Assembly (NCBI RefSeq): GCF_052425735.1
Contig: NC_135759.1
Location: 45,260,001 to 45,324,000, forward strand
Source: Oculina patagonica
Lineage: Eukaryota
Direction: 5' to 3'
DNA length: 64,000 nt
A program made the position numbers and the translations under genes. Below, piece after piece: positions 27,801-39,200 of this stretch (within the stretch, counting starts at the first letter, position 1; each line of letters opens with the position of its first letter). The notes beneath the pieces were generated by a model. It did not search any database. It was given only the letters and a program-made list of their open reading frames with translations, and was not told where the DNA came from.

Positions 27801-29826
27801 ATGAAGGCTTTAGTTTAAGCCGAAACGTTGGGACATTGTAGATATTTTACGAACATTTTACTACAAAATTTTTAACCAGAGTAACGTTCTTATTTCTTAA
27901 TGAATCAACCACCTGGTTACAGGTCCATTTTTAAAATCATTGCTAGTTTTATTGCTTCTCTCTCTGGATGGCAATTTTATAGTGTATTAACCTATTTTGT
28001 TTTGGTGTGATTTCAGACTTTGTTCAACCCAAACAAAACTGTTGTTAAAATGTTTGTTGTGCTGTATGACTTCAGTGATATGCCTCCTAAAGCACAGACA
28101 TTTCTACGGCAAAGAACATTTTCTGTATGGAGACATGCTTGTCAATCAGATGAGGTACTGAGGTGTACTCCTTTATAATTTGCCTGTTTGTAAGACCCTA
28201 CACTGCACTAATGTTTTGTTGTCATCTTAATGTTTTTTTGTTTCCTTTTCTGACCTTTTTCTGACCTTTTACTGCAATCCACAGTTTCATTGCAATATAC
28301 CAGTATACCATTGTCAGTCTGCTACAGGCCTTTTAGTTTTAGCATTTATTTAATTATGTTGTTATACAATTAAATTAACATAAAACCTGGATTTGTGATT
28401 AACGAATTTATCAATAGTAGCAGTAGATATAATTTAAATATAATTGTTCGTTATTGTTGTCATTGCAGGGTCAAAATTCCTTTCATTATTTAATTCATTT
28501 GAGGTAAGATTTCTTACAAAACCTTCTACTACAGTGGAGCCTCAATTTAGGAACCTAGAGCTATATAATGAAGTCCTTAACAGTATAACGAACAATGTTC
28601 TTTGTCCCAGGAATAATAAAATATAAAATGAACCCTGATATAACAAAACCTTGTTATAGCAAACAAAAGAAATTATTTATTTACCCTAATCCTTGCTGTG
28701 AGGCCTCATGCATCCCAGGGCGTGACAAGGAAGCGTGATTCCTTTTGTTGTTTTTTTTCCCTAAACCTCAGTTCTTTGGTTGGGTTGTGAACTCAGATAC
28801 ATGGGATATCACCTAATTGATGCAGGTCTTTCTATAGATCCCTTAATTCAGTCTCACACAGCGTTTGTGCTAAATGCATATAAACATTTATTTTATAAAA
28901 TTTACATGTTGAATATATATGGGTCATATTGAGGTGCAGTGACCTAATGGTTAGACGTTCCGAGTTTGAGCTCTGGCAGGGATCTTGGGCGTGTTCTTGG
29001 GCAAGACACTTTACTGTCATAGTATACCATTCTCACTCATTAATTATGCCGCTCACTGTCCGGCGTCAAAAATTCGCCCGGACTTCCCAGGTTGTGTATC
29101 TCTTTCGAAAGGCGCCGAAACTAAAGGGATCTTTAAATACGACGATTGTGCATGTGTGGTGATTAAGCATTACCTAACGCAAGTATCTATAAACAAACAG
29201 GGTTATGTAATCCAAGCACTTCTGAATTCTGCGTCATAATTATGAATGAGAATAGTGCCTCTCTCCACCCAGGTGTATAAATGGGTACTGGCAAAATAAT
29301 GCTGCCCAGGGGGGAGGGGGGTACCCTGCAATAGACTAGCACCCCATCCAGGGGGGAGTAGAAATATTCCTAGCTGCTTAATGCTATTGAAACCGGGATA
29401 AGCTCTGGCAGTATGCGTCACTTGGCTTGAGGCCGCACAATATATATTATGTATGTTGTGGTTCAATTTTTTAACCCTTGGTACAATCTGACCTGGATAT
29501 AAAATTTCCTTTGTTTTATATTCATTAATTATCATACATGACCATACACCAGAACAAAGAAAAAATTGTACCAAGGGTAAATTGAACCACAGCATACATA
29601 TTTACATGAATATAAATGTATTCAGCCATAGAAACATGCAATGTTAACAAGGGCTTTACCACAAAGTGTTTATTTCTGTTTCAGATTTGTTAGTTCCAAG
29701 TCTGGAAGACTGTATCTTCACACTGACATCAGAGTGATATTTGCTCGTCAGCCTCCTGACCTCCCTAGTGGAGTCAAATATTGTACCGTGACTGATGGGC
29801 CTACAGAACCTCGATACACACTTTAA
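15884..29826 (+). CDS. ATOSA: Atos homologue (FAM214 family; DUF4210 plus C-terminal chromosome-segregation domain), 14 exons, one apparent frameshift near 21009
   Basis: Exons 15884-15899, 18238-18428, 18875-19017, 20063-20191, 20978-21570, 21741-21899, 22956-23017, 23339-23435, 24394-24438, 24794-24907, 26459-26533, 28017-28154, 28469-28503, 29685-29826. Motifs MKP, LIVEGRTP, LLERW, FSQLSAWL, VSVQSLPR, SLLGNFEESVLNGR, GFTAELGASG, TLFNPNKTVVKMFVV, YLIHLRF and SKSGRLYLH match ATOSA/FAM214A as I recall it. Confidence 0.92.
16770..17600. mobile_element. MITE with 16-bp TIR and 5-bp TSD
   Basis: TAATC|caggcccgtagggtgg ... ccaccctacgggcctg|TAATC. Confidence 0.8.
19400..20000 (-). mobile_element. 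Degraded RTE-clade LINE 3' fragment in ATOS intron 3
   Basis: Frameshifted pieces read MKDSHIPKDLLYG, LKALGINVNTWEAVAADRVAW and ASAFT-x-TH-CGRGCHSCIGL, typical of an RTE ORF C-terminus. Confidence 0.75.
19497..19615 (-). mobile_element. 119-bp solo-LTR-like insertion inside the RTE fragment
   Basis: GAGGC|TGTAATGTTT ... AAACATGACA|GAGGC: TG..CA ends, 9/10 terminal inverted match, 5-bp TSD, AATAAA on the minus strand. Confidence 0.75.
21936..22885. mobile_element. TIR element filling ATOS intron 6, with a short (CCCCTAAA)-like array
   Basis: agtgcagaatgca (21936-21948) is inverted at 22873-22885. ctaaacccctaaagccctaaacccctaaacccctaaa lies at 21981-22017. Confidence 0.55.
23072..23255. mobile_element. 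Degraded Penelope-like inverted-repeat insertion with decayed hammerhead motifs
   Basis: Arms 23072-23124 and ~23147-23205 are inverted copies. CTGAAGA-stem-GAAA-like core remnants are present, followed by a unique 3' tail. Confidence 0.6.
23923..24102. mobile_element. Tc1/mariner-type MITE (TA TSD); degraded relative at ~28531-28660
   Basis: TA|cagtggaaccccgatataacgat ... atcgttatatcggggttccactg|TA. Confidence 0.85.
26839..27271. mobile_element. MITE with TTAA TSD (Kolobok/piggyBac-type)
   Basis: TTAA|ggtcattgccctg ... cagggcaatgacc|TTAA. Confidence 0.75.
27176..27529 (+). repeat. Exact 176-bp tandem duplication
   Basis: actaagccacataga...aagaaataaga at 27176-27351 repeats at 27352-27527. 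Confidence 0.9.
27582..27621 (-). ncRNA. Minimal hammerhead ribozyme (inverted copy)
   Basis: Exact reverse complement of 27794-27833. Confidence 0.75.
27794..27833 (+). ncRNA. Minimal type I hammerhead ribozyme (Penelope type)
   Basis: TCCC-CTGATGA-A-GGCTT(tagttt)AAGCC-GAAA-CGTT-GGGA: 4-bp stem I, intact core, 5-bp stem II, stem III reduced to palindromic ACGT, GUU cleavage triplet. Confidence 0.78.
28925..29420 (+). mobile_element. tRNA-derived SINE with CORE-like domain, interrupted by a ~230-bp TIR element (~29027-29256)
   Basis: A-box-like gacctaatggttag, then gtgttcttgggcaagacactttact / gtgcctctctccacccaggtgtataaatgggtac. Homologous to 38576-38850. The insert is bounded by attctcactcattaattatg / cataattatgaatgagaat. 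Confidence 0.75.
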
Positions 29827-32460
29827 CAACTGTGAATTAATAGGACAATAACTACTATTTAGCATAATTTATTATAAACTATTAAAATTATGATAATTGA
29901 ATGAAACATTTATAATATAATAATTTATTGCAATTGATTTGTAACCATTGTTTTTTTATGAATAGCTACTGTATTTATGGTAACAGTAACACTTCGCATT
30001 CTAGGTAGGTTTTTTTTTTAAATTTCTTCTCTTTATTTCTTTAACTTAAAGTGAAAGTTATTACCAGAGTGAGTATGACTTAGAGCAATTTTCAATTGAA
30101 TGTTGTAAAACCAAAACCCAAGTAATCAAAAAGGGTACAGACAATCTAGTGAACCAAACAAAACAAGTGCTGTAAAATGCATGCAAGCAAGTCATGATTG
30201 GTTTTTGGTTTTGGTTTCACGGCTGAAAGAATGTGACATGAGTCACTAAGCAAACATGAATTATTTTGACACTCAAGTGAAAACCGCTCTAATTACGGAT
30301 TAACTCAACAACCTCAACAAAAGTTCTATTCACCATATATATACTAGGGTAGTCAAGCATTGGTGGATCCAGACATTCCTACAAGGTGGGTCCCAGAGTA
30401 AAATGCTTGGGAGCAGGGTGAGTAAAACACTGGAGGGCTTGATTAACAAAAATACCCAACTGAAAAAATGTTTTCGTCCCTTGAGCCTCACTTTTCAACA
30501 GAAAAGGTGTCCCCCCTGGATCTTCCATTGTTAAAATTATTTTAAGCTTTTGTAATGTTTACGTATTTAGTAAAAATGCATACAAGAATAGATGAATGCA
30601 AGATATGAGCGATTATCAGGAAACTAGTATTCATTACTTAGTAGGCTTTTTCTGATACTGACTTCACTTCTTTTACTCAAGTCCTTAGTGGTGATCATAA
30701 TTAACATCTCCCTACCCTTTTGAAACAAATTCAAGTAGCCAGGTTATAAGAAACCAAGACCTGATAAATTCAGCAAAATCAACATCTTGAGTTTTTACTG
30801 GAGAGAAAAGGTTACACTTAGCATTTCATTTACTGAATCATTAATTTTTGAAACAAATGATTTCTATTTTTGTTTTGATAATATCATCAATTTTTGATAA
30901 TACAGTAGCAGATATTTGGGTTACAACTTTCTATTTTTTTTTCATGTAGCAGCTCATAATAATAGCTTTTTGAATTGTTTATATTTGTAGATAGCTATGT
31001 AATGCTCCATTGTCAGAGACTCAGGGGCTTGCTAACTTCTAGCCCCTGGGTCTCTGAGGATGTGCAATGCTCTAAAGCGCGCGCGTTATTTAAACAAGGC
31101 TATAAGTCTTTATTGCTTTATAAAATCAGCGAGGAAGAAATTGCCTGTGGCAAATAGCCACTAAATAATTCTTAATAAATATAGTTCTTCATGAAAGCTT
31201 TAGTAATAGCCTATTTTATGCTTAATATTGAGGATAAATAAATTGCATTCGGATGATATTGATTTTTTTTTAAAAAATAGCTCAAAATTAAACATAAGGC
31301 TTTGGAATGTTTTGATTTTTTTTATTCTGACTCGTGCAGTAACCACGACATCGCAAAATACTTGACCGTGGTGTTCAGAACTTATGTGCCTGCAGTTGAG
31401 TTACATTACAATAATTAATATATTATGATGATATAATATAAATATGATACAAATAAAATGCTTTCCGTTTACAGTTTGAATTGGCTGTGATTTATTTTCT
31501 CTGTCCCTTTCATCCTGAAGACAGGACAAGAATGCGTTACCAGGACTTTCAAGGACTTTGTGGGTGCCTAACCTTTTTAAACAGCTTATCTAAGTCCGTG
31601 TTACTAGAAATCTAATCGAATTATGATAGCTTCATTGAAGGCCAAAATTGTTTGACCTTATTTGGTCGGGTCTTGTGGACCCACTTCTCAATAACATTTT
31701 AAAACTGTTTCAGTTTATTTGTTAAGTTTTAATAAATCTTCCATAATCCTCAGAAATTGTTACGTATGTCAGGTCGAATATCCAGAGAGCTTTTTTCCCA
31801 AAGTCATCGTTTATTTTCTAGTAATTTACGTTGCTATGGTAACTCGGATAATGATGAAACTGGCCTTCTTAGCTGTTTAGAGTTATCGTCATTTAAAAGT
31901 CTGATCGAGCCACCTAACGCTAGCCTGCGTTTGGTTTTGTTCGTCTGCAACGCAGGCTACCTGACGCAGATTTTAGTTCGATACTGTGGTACAGGTAGCG
32001 CTTCCATGTGTATCCAGTATCCTTACCCTTGCACTATTCACAACATAGCGGAAAGATTTATGCGTGTTGGAGGCAAACAAGAGTTAACAACTTCAGTAAA
32101 TGCCAGGCAGTTTGTTGAAAGTGACACCGCTAAGTTTGTGGGAGAGTCAGTCTAGTCTTATTACGTCTTTAATACGCATGCGCAATTAAGGAACGCAAAG
32201 TATTCTAACTTACATTGAAAACATTGGTGTGGATTTCCACTCCAGGTTGGAAAAAACTCTTTTTCGCCCGATGAGAAATGAAATGAAGAAAACAATTATG
32301 ATTTTGTTAGCATTTGATCTCAGCTTAGCCACTGATCGTCTGCTGAATTTATTTTGCATTTTGGCTACCCCCATTTGGACTGAATGGTATTTAACCTGTC
32401 CGATCACAAGAGGCAAGAACAAGAAAGGATTAGAAACGGGTCGGCTAGATCAGTTTAGTG

Positions 32461-32673
32461 GAACTGGTAATAGTCATGTTAACCCGTGCCAGGATTGCGT
32501 CCGTTTGGCCGTACTTAAGCTGAGTTTGGTTGCGCTATTTTCAGACGATCCAATCAGAGGGCGCAAAACGTAAGTGGCCTCTCATTGGCTAAAAAAACAG
32601 AGCGACTAAACTCGGCTAAAGTACGGCCAAACGGGCACAACCCTGGCACAGGAAACATGACCATTACCAGTTC
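32461..32673. mobile_element. Hairpin MITE
   Basis: gaactggtaatagtcatgtt...cgtttggccgtactt is inverted as aagtacggccaaacg...aacatgaccattaccagttc. Confidence 0.7.
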
Positions 32674-32838
32674 AACTTAATAAAACTTTATTTTAACACG
32701 ATAATAATAAAAGCTAAAAGCTTGTGGGGTCGTGTTTTTAAATTCAAATTAAGATTAAATTTAGATTAAAATTACAATTAAAATATCTAGAATTACAATT
32801 CTTATATTAACAGTAAAAATAATTATTTAATTAATTAC

Positions 32839-33009
32839 TAGACTGTCCACAGCCTCTCGATTTTTCAACGCAAAAAAGCATACAAAGCGAGCGCGGGGCG
32901 CCCCTCTCTTGCTTCTTCCGTTTTGCGCTGGCATCCAGTTCTCTCGCCGTTCGCACCGCGCGCTCATCGATCGAAAAACACGAAAAAATAAAGGGCTGTG
33001 GACAGTCTA
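32839..33009. mobile_element. MITE with 9-bp TSD (Mutator-like length)
   Basis: ATTAATTAC|tagactgtccacagcc ... ggctgtggacagtcta|ATTAATTAC. Confidence 0.8.
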
Positions 33010-33049
33010 ATTAATTACTAACTAGAACTGTTACTATACTAGATGATTA

Positions 33050-33430
33050 CAATAAACTAACTAAAAACTAATTATATATAAAATCACTGTGTCTGTGGCG
33101 GGTTGTTGAAGCCGACAAGGCGTTAAAATTAAAATCTTCATTTTAAAATATGCTCTATTTACAACATGCTTTCTTAGCTCTAAAAAACTTGAAAAACTCT
33201 TCTGTTGATTGTGGTATTTAACAATGTTCCAAAGAACAGATCCCTTGTATCTGAGTGATCAATGAATCCTTCATGAATCGCGAGTTGAATCTTGGTATCG
33301 AAGATAGTTGTTTTCCTCGGAGCGAATAGCCGTGACTGGAGTTGTAAATACAATTCTAGGATAGGATAGGCTTTTGCACATAAAAGAACATCTCTCACCA
33401 GAGAAAAGTTAAAAAGGTAGGGGGGCACTG
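33050..33430 (-). mobile_element. Degraded LINE 3' fragment
   Basis: Frameshifted IPRFNSRFMKDS / RYKGSVLWN, resembling a LINE ORF2 C-terminus. Confidence 0.45.
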
Positions 33431-36231
33431 ATATTATGTTTTGATAAAATGATGATTTTCCTGCCAGAGATTTATCTTCATAAAAATAAAATTCAAAATT
33501 GTAGCTTCGAGGCTTAAAATCTGAGTTATTCGCAGTAGGTACAGATTAAATAATAATAATAAATTTTATTATAGTGTCAAAAAGGTTACACTTAGCAGAA
33601 AAAAATCTACTAATTGGTGGACACTAAAATCTAGCCAAAAATTTACTTACATATTAGATATAATACACATTTTTTGTTAGCTGCTTTCGAAAAGGAAATC
33701 CGACGGACCCTCAACCTTCCTCCCCCGAAAACTAGATGATAAATAATAAAAGATCCACAATAACGGCTTAGAATAATTTTTTGCTTGATATAGAATACAA
33801 ATTACCTATTTTTTGTGGTTTTCAGCAAGTCAAAAATAGAACTATAAGTGTATTTAGAGAAATTGCATTGGAGAAGTCATGTTCTGCCTTGGCGCCATTG
33901 TCATGAATTCAAAGTGCGGCAAAGTTATTCATCCTGGGCCGTAAATTTCAGATGAGATATTTGCAAAACTTCCCAAATGTTTGTCTGTTGTTTTAATGAT
34001 CCTGTGTTGCTGACAAAATCAATTCCAATGTATTGGATAATCGTTAACAGGTTAATCTACGATGATTCCATAGCAGGAAGCGACCAGAGGTATCGCTAAT
34101 TCCCTGGATGTGATGCTACCCCAATTTTGGCAGCTTTTAATGAAAAGAAAAGGAGGCCTGATCGCAGGTTAAGTCTAACGCGGATCGCCGATGGAACAGA
34201 GGTGTCAAATTATTTTCCAAGGGTTAACAGTTTTTAAGAACATCAGCCGACAATTTCCGACCATTTGCCGAAAATGTCCGAATATTTTCGACGATTTTGC
34301 AAACGTCGTTTGAATGTTTCCAATCGATTTTCCAACACTACCAAAGATATTCCTAATCGATTTTAAGCTTAGCCTACCCGTTTATCTCCAATTTCTTGAT
34401 TTTCAAGTGATGTCATCAAAATTTTGAAACCCAGAATCGCAAGACCCCTGAGTTTGTATTCTTCACTGGCTATTAGACGTCCTTAATATATATCTTCTTA
34501 AAGGTCTTTAGTTCGATAGCATTCGCCATCTTTAAGATAGAGCATTTTGAATTTCGGAGTTTCACGCCACACGAGATCAAAGATGGCCGCCAGAAGGCTG
34601 TCACATTTTCTTAAAAAAAATGCTTCATCCTGCGACTTTAACAATCTGAACAGTTGAGGTTTTGCGAGATGTGTTTATGTGAATGTTTACTTGTTCATGA
34701 GGGTGATCTGACCGCTTTTTGTAGCAGAATTTAATGTCAGCCATAAGCCAGATTTTCCGGCCGCCATGTTGGAGCCCAAGCAGTTGGGCTCCAGCATGGC
34801 ATTTCCATACTGTGCTCTCTAAATTTGCGTGAAACATTTTGACGGATAACTCAATTCCGGAATAACGCACGGACCTGAGACTTGGACAAGTAGTTTATAG
34901 CAGCTTTCTACAATCTGTAATATTCTTGATTTTTTTGACTCGATAGCTTTGGATTTATTTTTTCGCGGCGTGACAGTGAAAACCGACTTGAATGTGAACG
35001 AACTATAACCATACAAACTGTTGAGTTACAGTTCATCAGAGAACTGAAACAATATCTGCAGTATAATCAAGTGCTTTATAGTTACGTTTGGTATTTTTTA
35101 TCAAAATTGTGGCCTGCGCAAAGGATTATTTTTCCTGCGGGCAAAAAGCGCGTCCTGCAAAATAAACCGCCTGTTCTTCAGGCCATCAAAATTGGGGACA
35201 TAAATAACGTGGCTTTCCTTTATGTAGCAGAAAAGAAACCTCCAATTTTTATTCCTTCCAAAGTTATTATAAATTTAGTTTTTTTTTCGGCGTGACGCGT
35301 TAAAAGCTTAATACCGTATTTATTCGATTTAGCGCCCTGGACGCTTATTAAATTTTTGGACCTTGAGAGTGGGCGCTTATTTGAGACTTGACGCTTATTA
35401 AGTGTTTGGACCTTGGGAGTGGGCGCTTATTCGAGACTGGGTGCTTATTAAATTTTCACCATTTTTAGTAAGTAGTACGTTTATTTTACAAAAAAACAAC
35501 ATTATAAGAATTCTGTAAAATACTAAGAAAACTCGGTCTTCTGAGTAGTCTCTTAGTAGTACTTAGTCAATTTCAATCTCAATTTCATTAATAATCCAAT
35601 TTAAATTTACAGAACAGGCCTATCAAATTATTTCTAATAGCCTATGTAAGTGTGAAATTGGAAGAGTTGGAAATAATTGAATTTAAAATCCCATGATTTT
35701 ACCAAAATAAAATAAATAATTTAAAGGACCTTATGAGACACAGATCTCTGGAGTCAATGACTTAAAACATGTTTGTTTTTTAATGTACACTGGACAGGTA
35801 TGTTTTTAAGTCATAATTATGCACTTGATAAAAAAGAATAAATTACACTCAACAATCTCATATTCCACTTTGACACACCATTTGCACATAATATTTAGAA
35901 TTCCACTCGCACTAACCAAGTGAACATGAATGAATATTGCAATGCAATTTCTGTGTAGTTAAAACATGTTTACAATCAAGCCATGCTTCAAGATTCACAT
36001 TCTTGATTTAGCAGAAGAGAACTTGTTCTGCATGAAACCGAGACAGAACAAATCATTTGCCGCTTGCTTGCACTTCACTTCAGATTCCACTGTCCAATCA
36101 CATACTCAGCTATCGTGCTACATCAGTTGAAATGAACACGAATTGTACCACTGCCATCTCGTTCTTAGCGAATTTCCTTTCACATAGACCACATAGAATT
36201 CCATCCATAAAACTGTCATAATTCTCTTGCC

Positions 36232-39200
36232 CTAATCCATGATTTCTAATGCCTGTGAGCTTGGCCATGTGTGGACATCACTTGTTGGCCACACCCCTGA
36301 TGTGTTGTTACAAATGTTCCTCAATACTGCTTCAGTTGTAGCATCATCCAGTGTATTTAGATCAGATAGAGTCTCGTCATTTTCATGACTGAGATCTGCA
36401 AATGTTAAGTTGGTTTCCAGAATTGTCATTTCATGGTCCTCCCCTCCCCTGGTGGTGGTGTTTGTCCTAACGTGTGACACCCCCCAGTTTGAAGGATTCA
36501 CATTTGCATGTTCAGCATTAAGCATAGGTGTAAGATTTCTACGTGCTGAAAACGCACTCTCTGGTGTTGGCCTTGAGCCATTGTTATTGACATCGCCGTG
36601 GAGAACTCTGTTACGCAGCTCCTTTAAACCGTTCAAATGTTGATTAGATGATGTATCCATGGGTGATGGCGTGAGGTGTCGTGGGCGAGAATTGGACTGT
36701 GGTGTCAGGGGATGAAATCTTTGATCTGCCAGTGCATGCTGGGTTAAGGGGGGTACTGACTGGCTACGTTGGTATGATGGTGGAGGCATCTGGCCTGAAG
36801 AGGTTGTGACTTGGTTACATATTGACTCTAGTTCAGGTGAATAATCCATTGTCTGGACTATAGAGGCTTGTTGCATGTGCCCATTATCTGAACCATTGCT
36901 GTATCGGCAGGATTTAGGAACAATCCCTGTACCCCTGAAAAATATGCAAAGAAAACTGTTAGCATTAATAGTAACCTCTGTTTTACCGTCAGTACAGATA
37001 CATTGTATCTTTACATAGTGTTTTTGGTCTCTCCTTGCTACATGTAAAAGTTCATACATGAAATCTCGTTTGGATTAACTAGGGTCAACTACAGGGGAAA
37101 AATCAGCTGTGGGATGGCTTGACAGAAAACTTGAAATCTATCCTTGAAGTCACCAAAATACATCAGCTGCAACCCACAAAAATACATTACAAATGGCACA
37201 TCAGCTCAAGTGTCATAAAATTATTTATGATGACTGGATAGAACAAAATTTTGTATGGTACCCAATCTCCACAACATAAACAAGAAGAGATGCTATGAAG
37301 GGACATTATCACATTGTACTTAATTTAAGGGATAAAAATATTGTAGACAAGTCATATCCATAACCCTTCCTTCTGAGACATAACACTGATCAAATTGTAA
37401 TTTCTTCTCATATTATCGATGGAAAATGGGAATAAAGGTTGTAAGGATAAAGATACTGATCAGCAAGTGCAAACTGTATTGCCTTGATACAGAAAGTAAA
37501 AAGATTTTAAATAATTTGTCTAAAGAAATAAGCAACTATCAGGGGGGGTTATTATTTTTCTTGTCGCACCGTGCCTAACTTACCCTTGCTTAGAATGTTG
37601 TTGAGACATATGCACATCAGCAGAAGATGATGGTGGACTGGTCATGTTCACACCCTGTGAGAACCCTGTTTGAGCCATATTCTCAACATTGGTTATCGCT
37701 AATGGAAGCATGAATTCCTGTCCTCGCTGTGCAACATTAGGAGAGATAGGGTTCAGTTGCCGACCACACCCAGGAGAAGCCATTGTAGGGGAAGTGACAT
37801 ACTGCTGAGGTGCTATGCGTTGAGGAGTCCTTGGTGATGGCAAGGGGTATGCAAACGAGCCAGGTCTGCGGTTAGATGTTGGAGTTGACGGTGGATTCTG
37901 ATTTATCAGTCTTGGCTGTTTACTAGGTGACATTGGCACGTCATTGACTCCCATCTGAGATGCTCCTTGCTGGGACCAGTCACTGCTCATCAGCTGGCTA
38001 GGGTGAGTAGCAGTTGGTCGCAATGTGGGTGGGCTTGTTTCTCCTCTGGTCACCCTCTGTTCTTGAGAACTATTTGGTATTGGCGTGAAAAGAAACCGGG
38101 TTGGTTCCGCTGAGTTTGGCGTGTGTCGAGGGGTTGCACTTCCTGAACTCGGTGTAACTGGACGATTTTGTGGTGTTCCAGGAGTGTTGAACTTTGGCGA
38201 TGACTGGAAAGGTGATGGTGTTTGCGGCACTGCAGGTTGGATGGGTGTCGTTGGGGATATCATTGATGGAGTTATGGGTCTTATCTTGGTTGGATAGCCA
38301 CTGGGCGGGGTGGTAGGGTTGCCCGTAGGCTGCTGTTGTGAGTAAAACTGTCCCATCTGAGCAGGGGGACTCTGAAGGGCAGGCTGTATTGGTTTTGGTT
38401 GGATGTGTAATGGCTGCTTATGGACAGGCTTCTGTTGATTTGATATGCTTACCTAAAACAAAACAGAAAGCAACTTCATGTCATCTTTTTTTTTACATAA
38501 TTTCAAGGTGGTCTTAAACATTCTTTCAGCTCGATCACCATCAACATTTGAGTGATTTCTTAGTTTACTATGTGTGAGGTGTGGCAGCCTAATGGTTAGT
38601 GCGCTGGACTCAGGATTGAGCCTTGGCTGGGGTCATTGTTTTGTGTTCTTGGGCAAAACACTTTACTCTCACAGTGCCTCCACCCAGGTGTATAAATGGG
38701 TACCAGTGATTTTAATGCTGAGGGTAACCCTGCCGGCCGTGGACTAGCATCCCATCCAGGGGGGAGTAGAAATGTTCCTAGTCGCTTCATGCTACTGAAA
38801 CCAGGATAAGCATGGCCTTATGGGCCACCAAGCTGTATACAGACTTTTTTTAGTTTGCTATTCCATAAAAACTTAAGTTGGCAATTCATAAGATGACCTC
38901 AACTGATGAAATTTCAAATTCTCCCAGATAGAGATGCCAAAACTACCAGTACAGTGTATGTGGAATTAGCAGTGGAGAAAATATTGATGTTCATTTGGAG
39001 GTCAAACTGTATGCTAGGAATGCTAGGACAAGATTTACCTGTCTCATAATGTGAAAATCGCTAATTTACAAACAAGCCTTGACCTACTCCATTTTAATTT
39101 TTCTGTAGCCTTATAGTCCCAAGTTTTAAATGTTTAACTTTTTATAATATTGTTCGCCATAAAGGTATAATAAGCACATATTCAGTTATTTCTAAGAATT

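Larger units (their letters stand above)
27517..27938 (+). mobile_element. Non-coding Penelope-like insertion: perfect palindrome plus 37-nt tail, 15-bp TSD
   Basis: TSD ATTGCTAGTTTTATT at 27502-27516 and 27939-27953. Palindrome 27514-27901 is centred at 27707/27708. Tail 27902-27938. Each arm contains a hammerhead motif. Confidence 0.85.

Noticed and set aside
28925-28990. tRNA genes (also ~38580)
   Set aside because: Only A-box-like remnants at SINE heads, with no complete cloverleaf.
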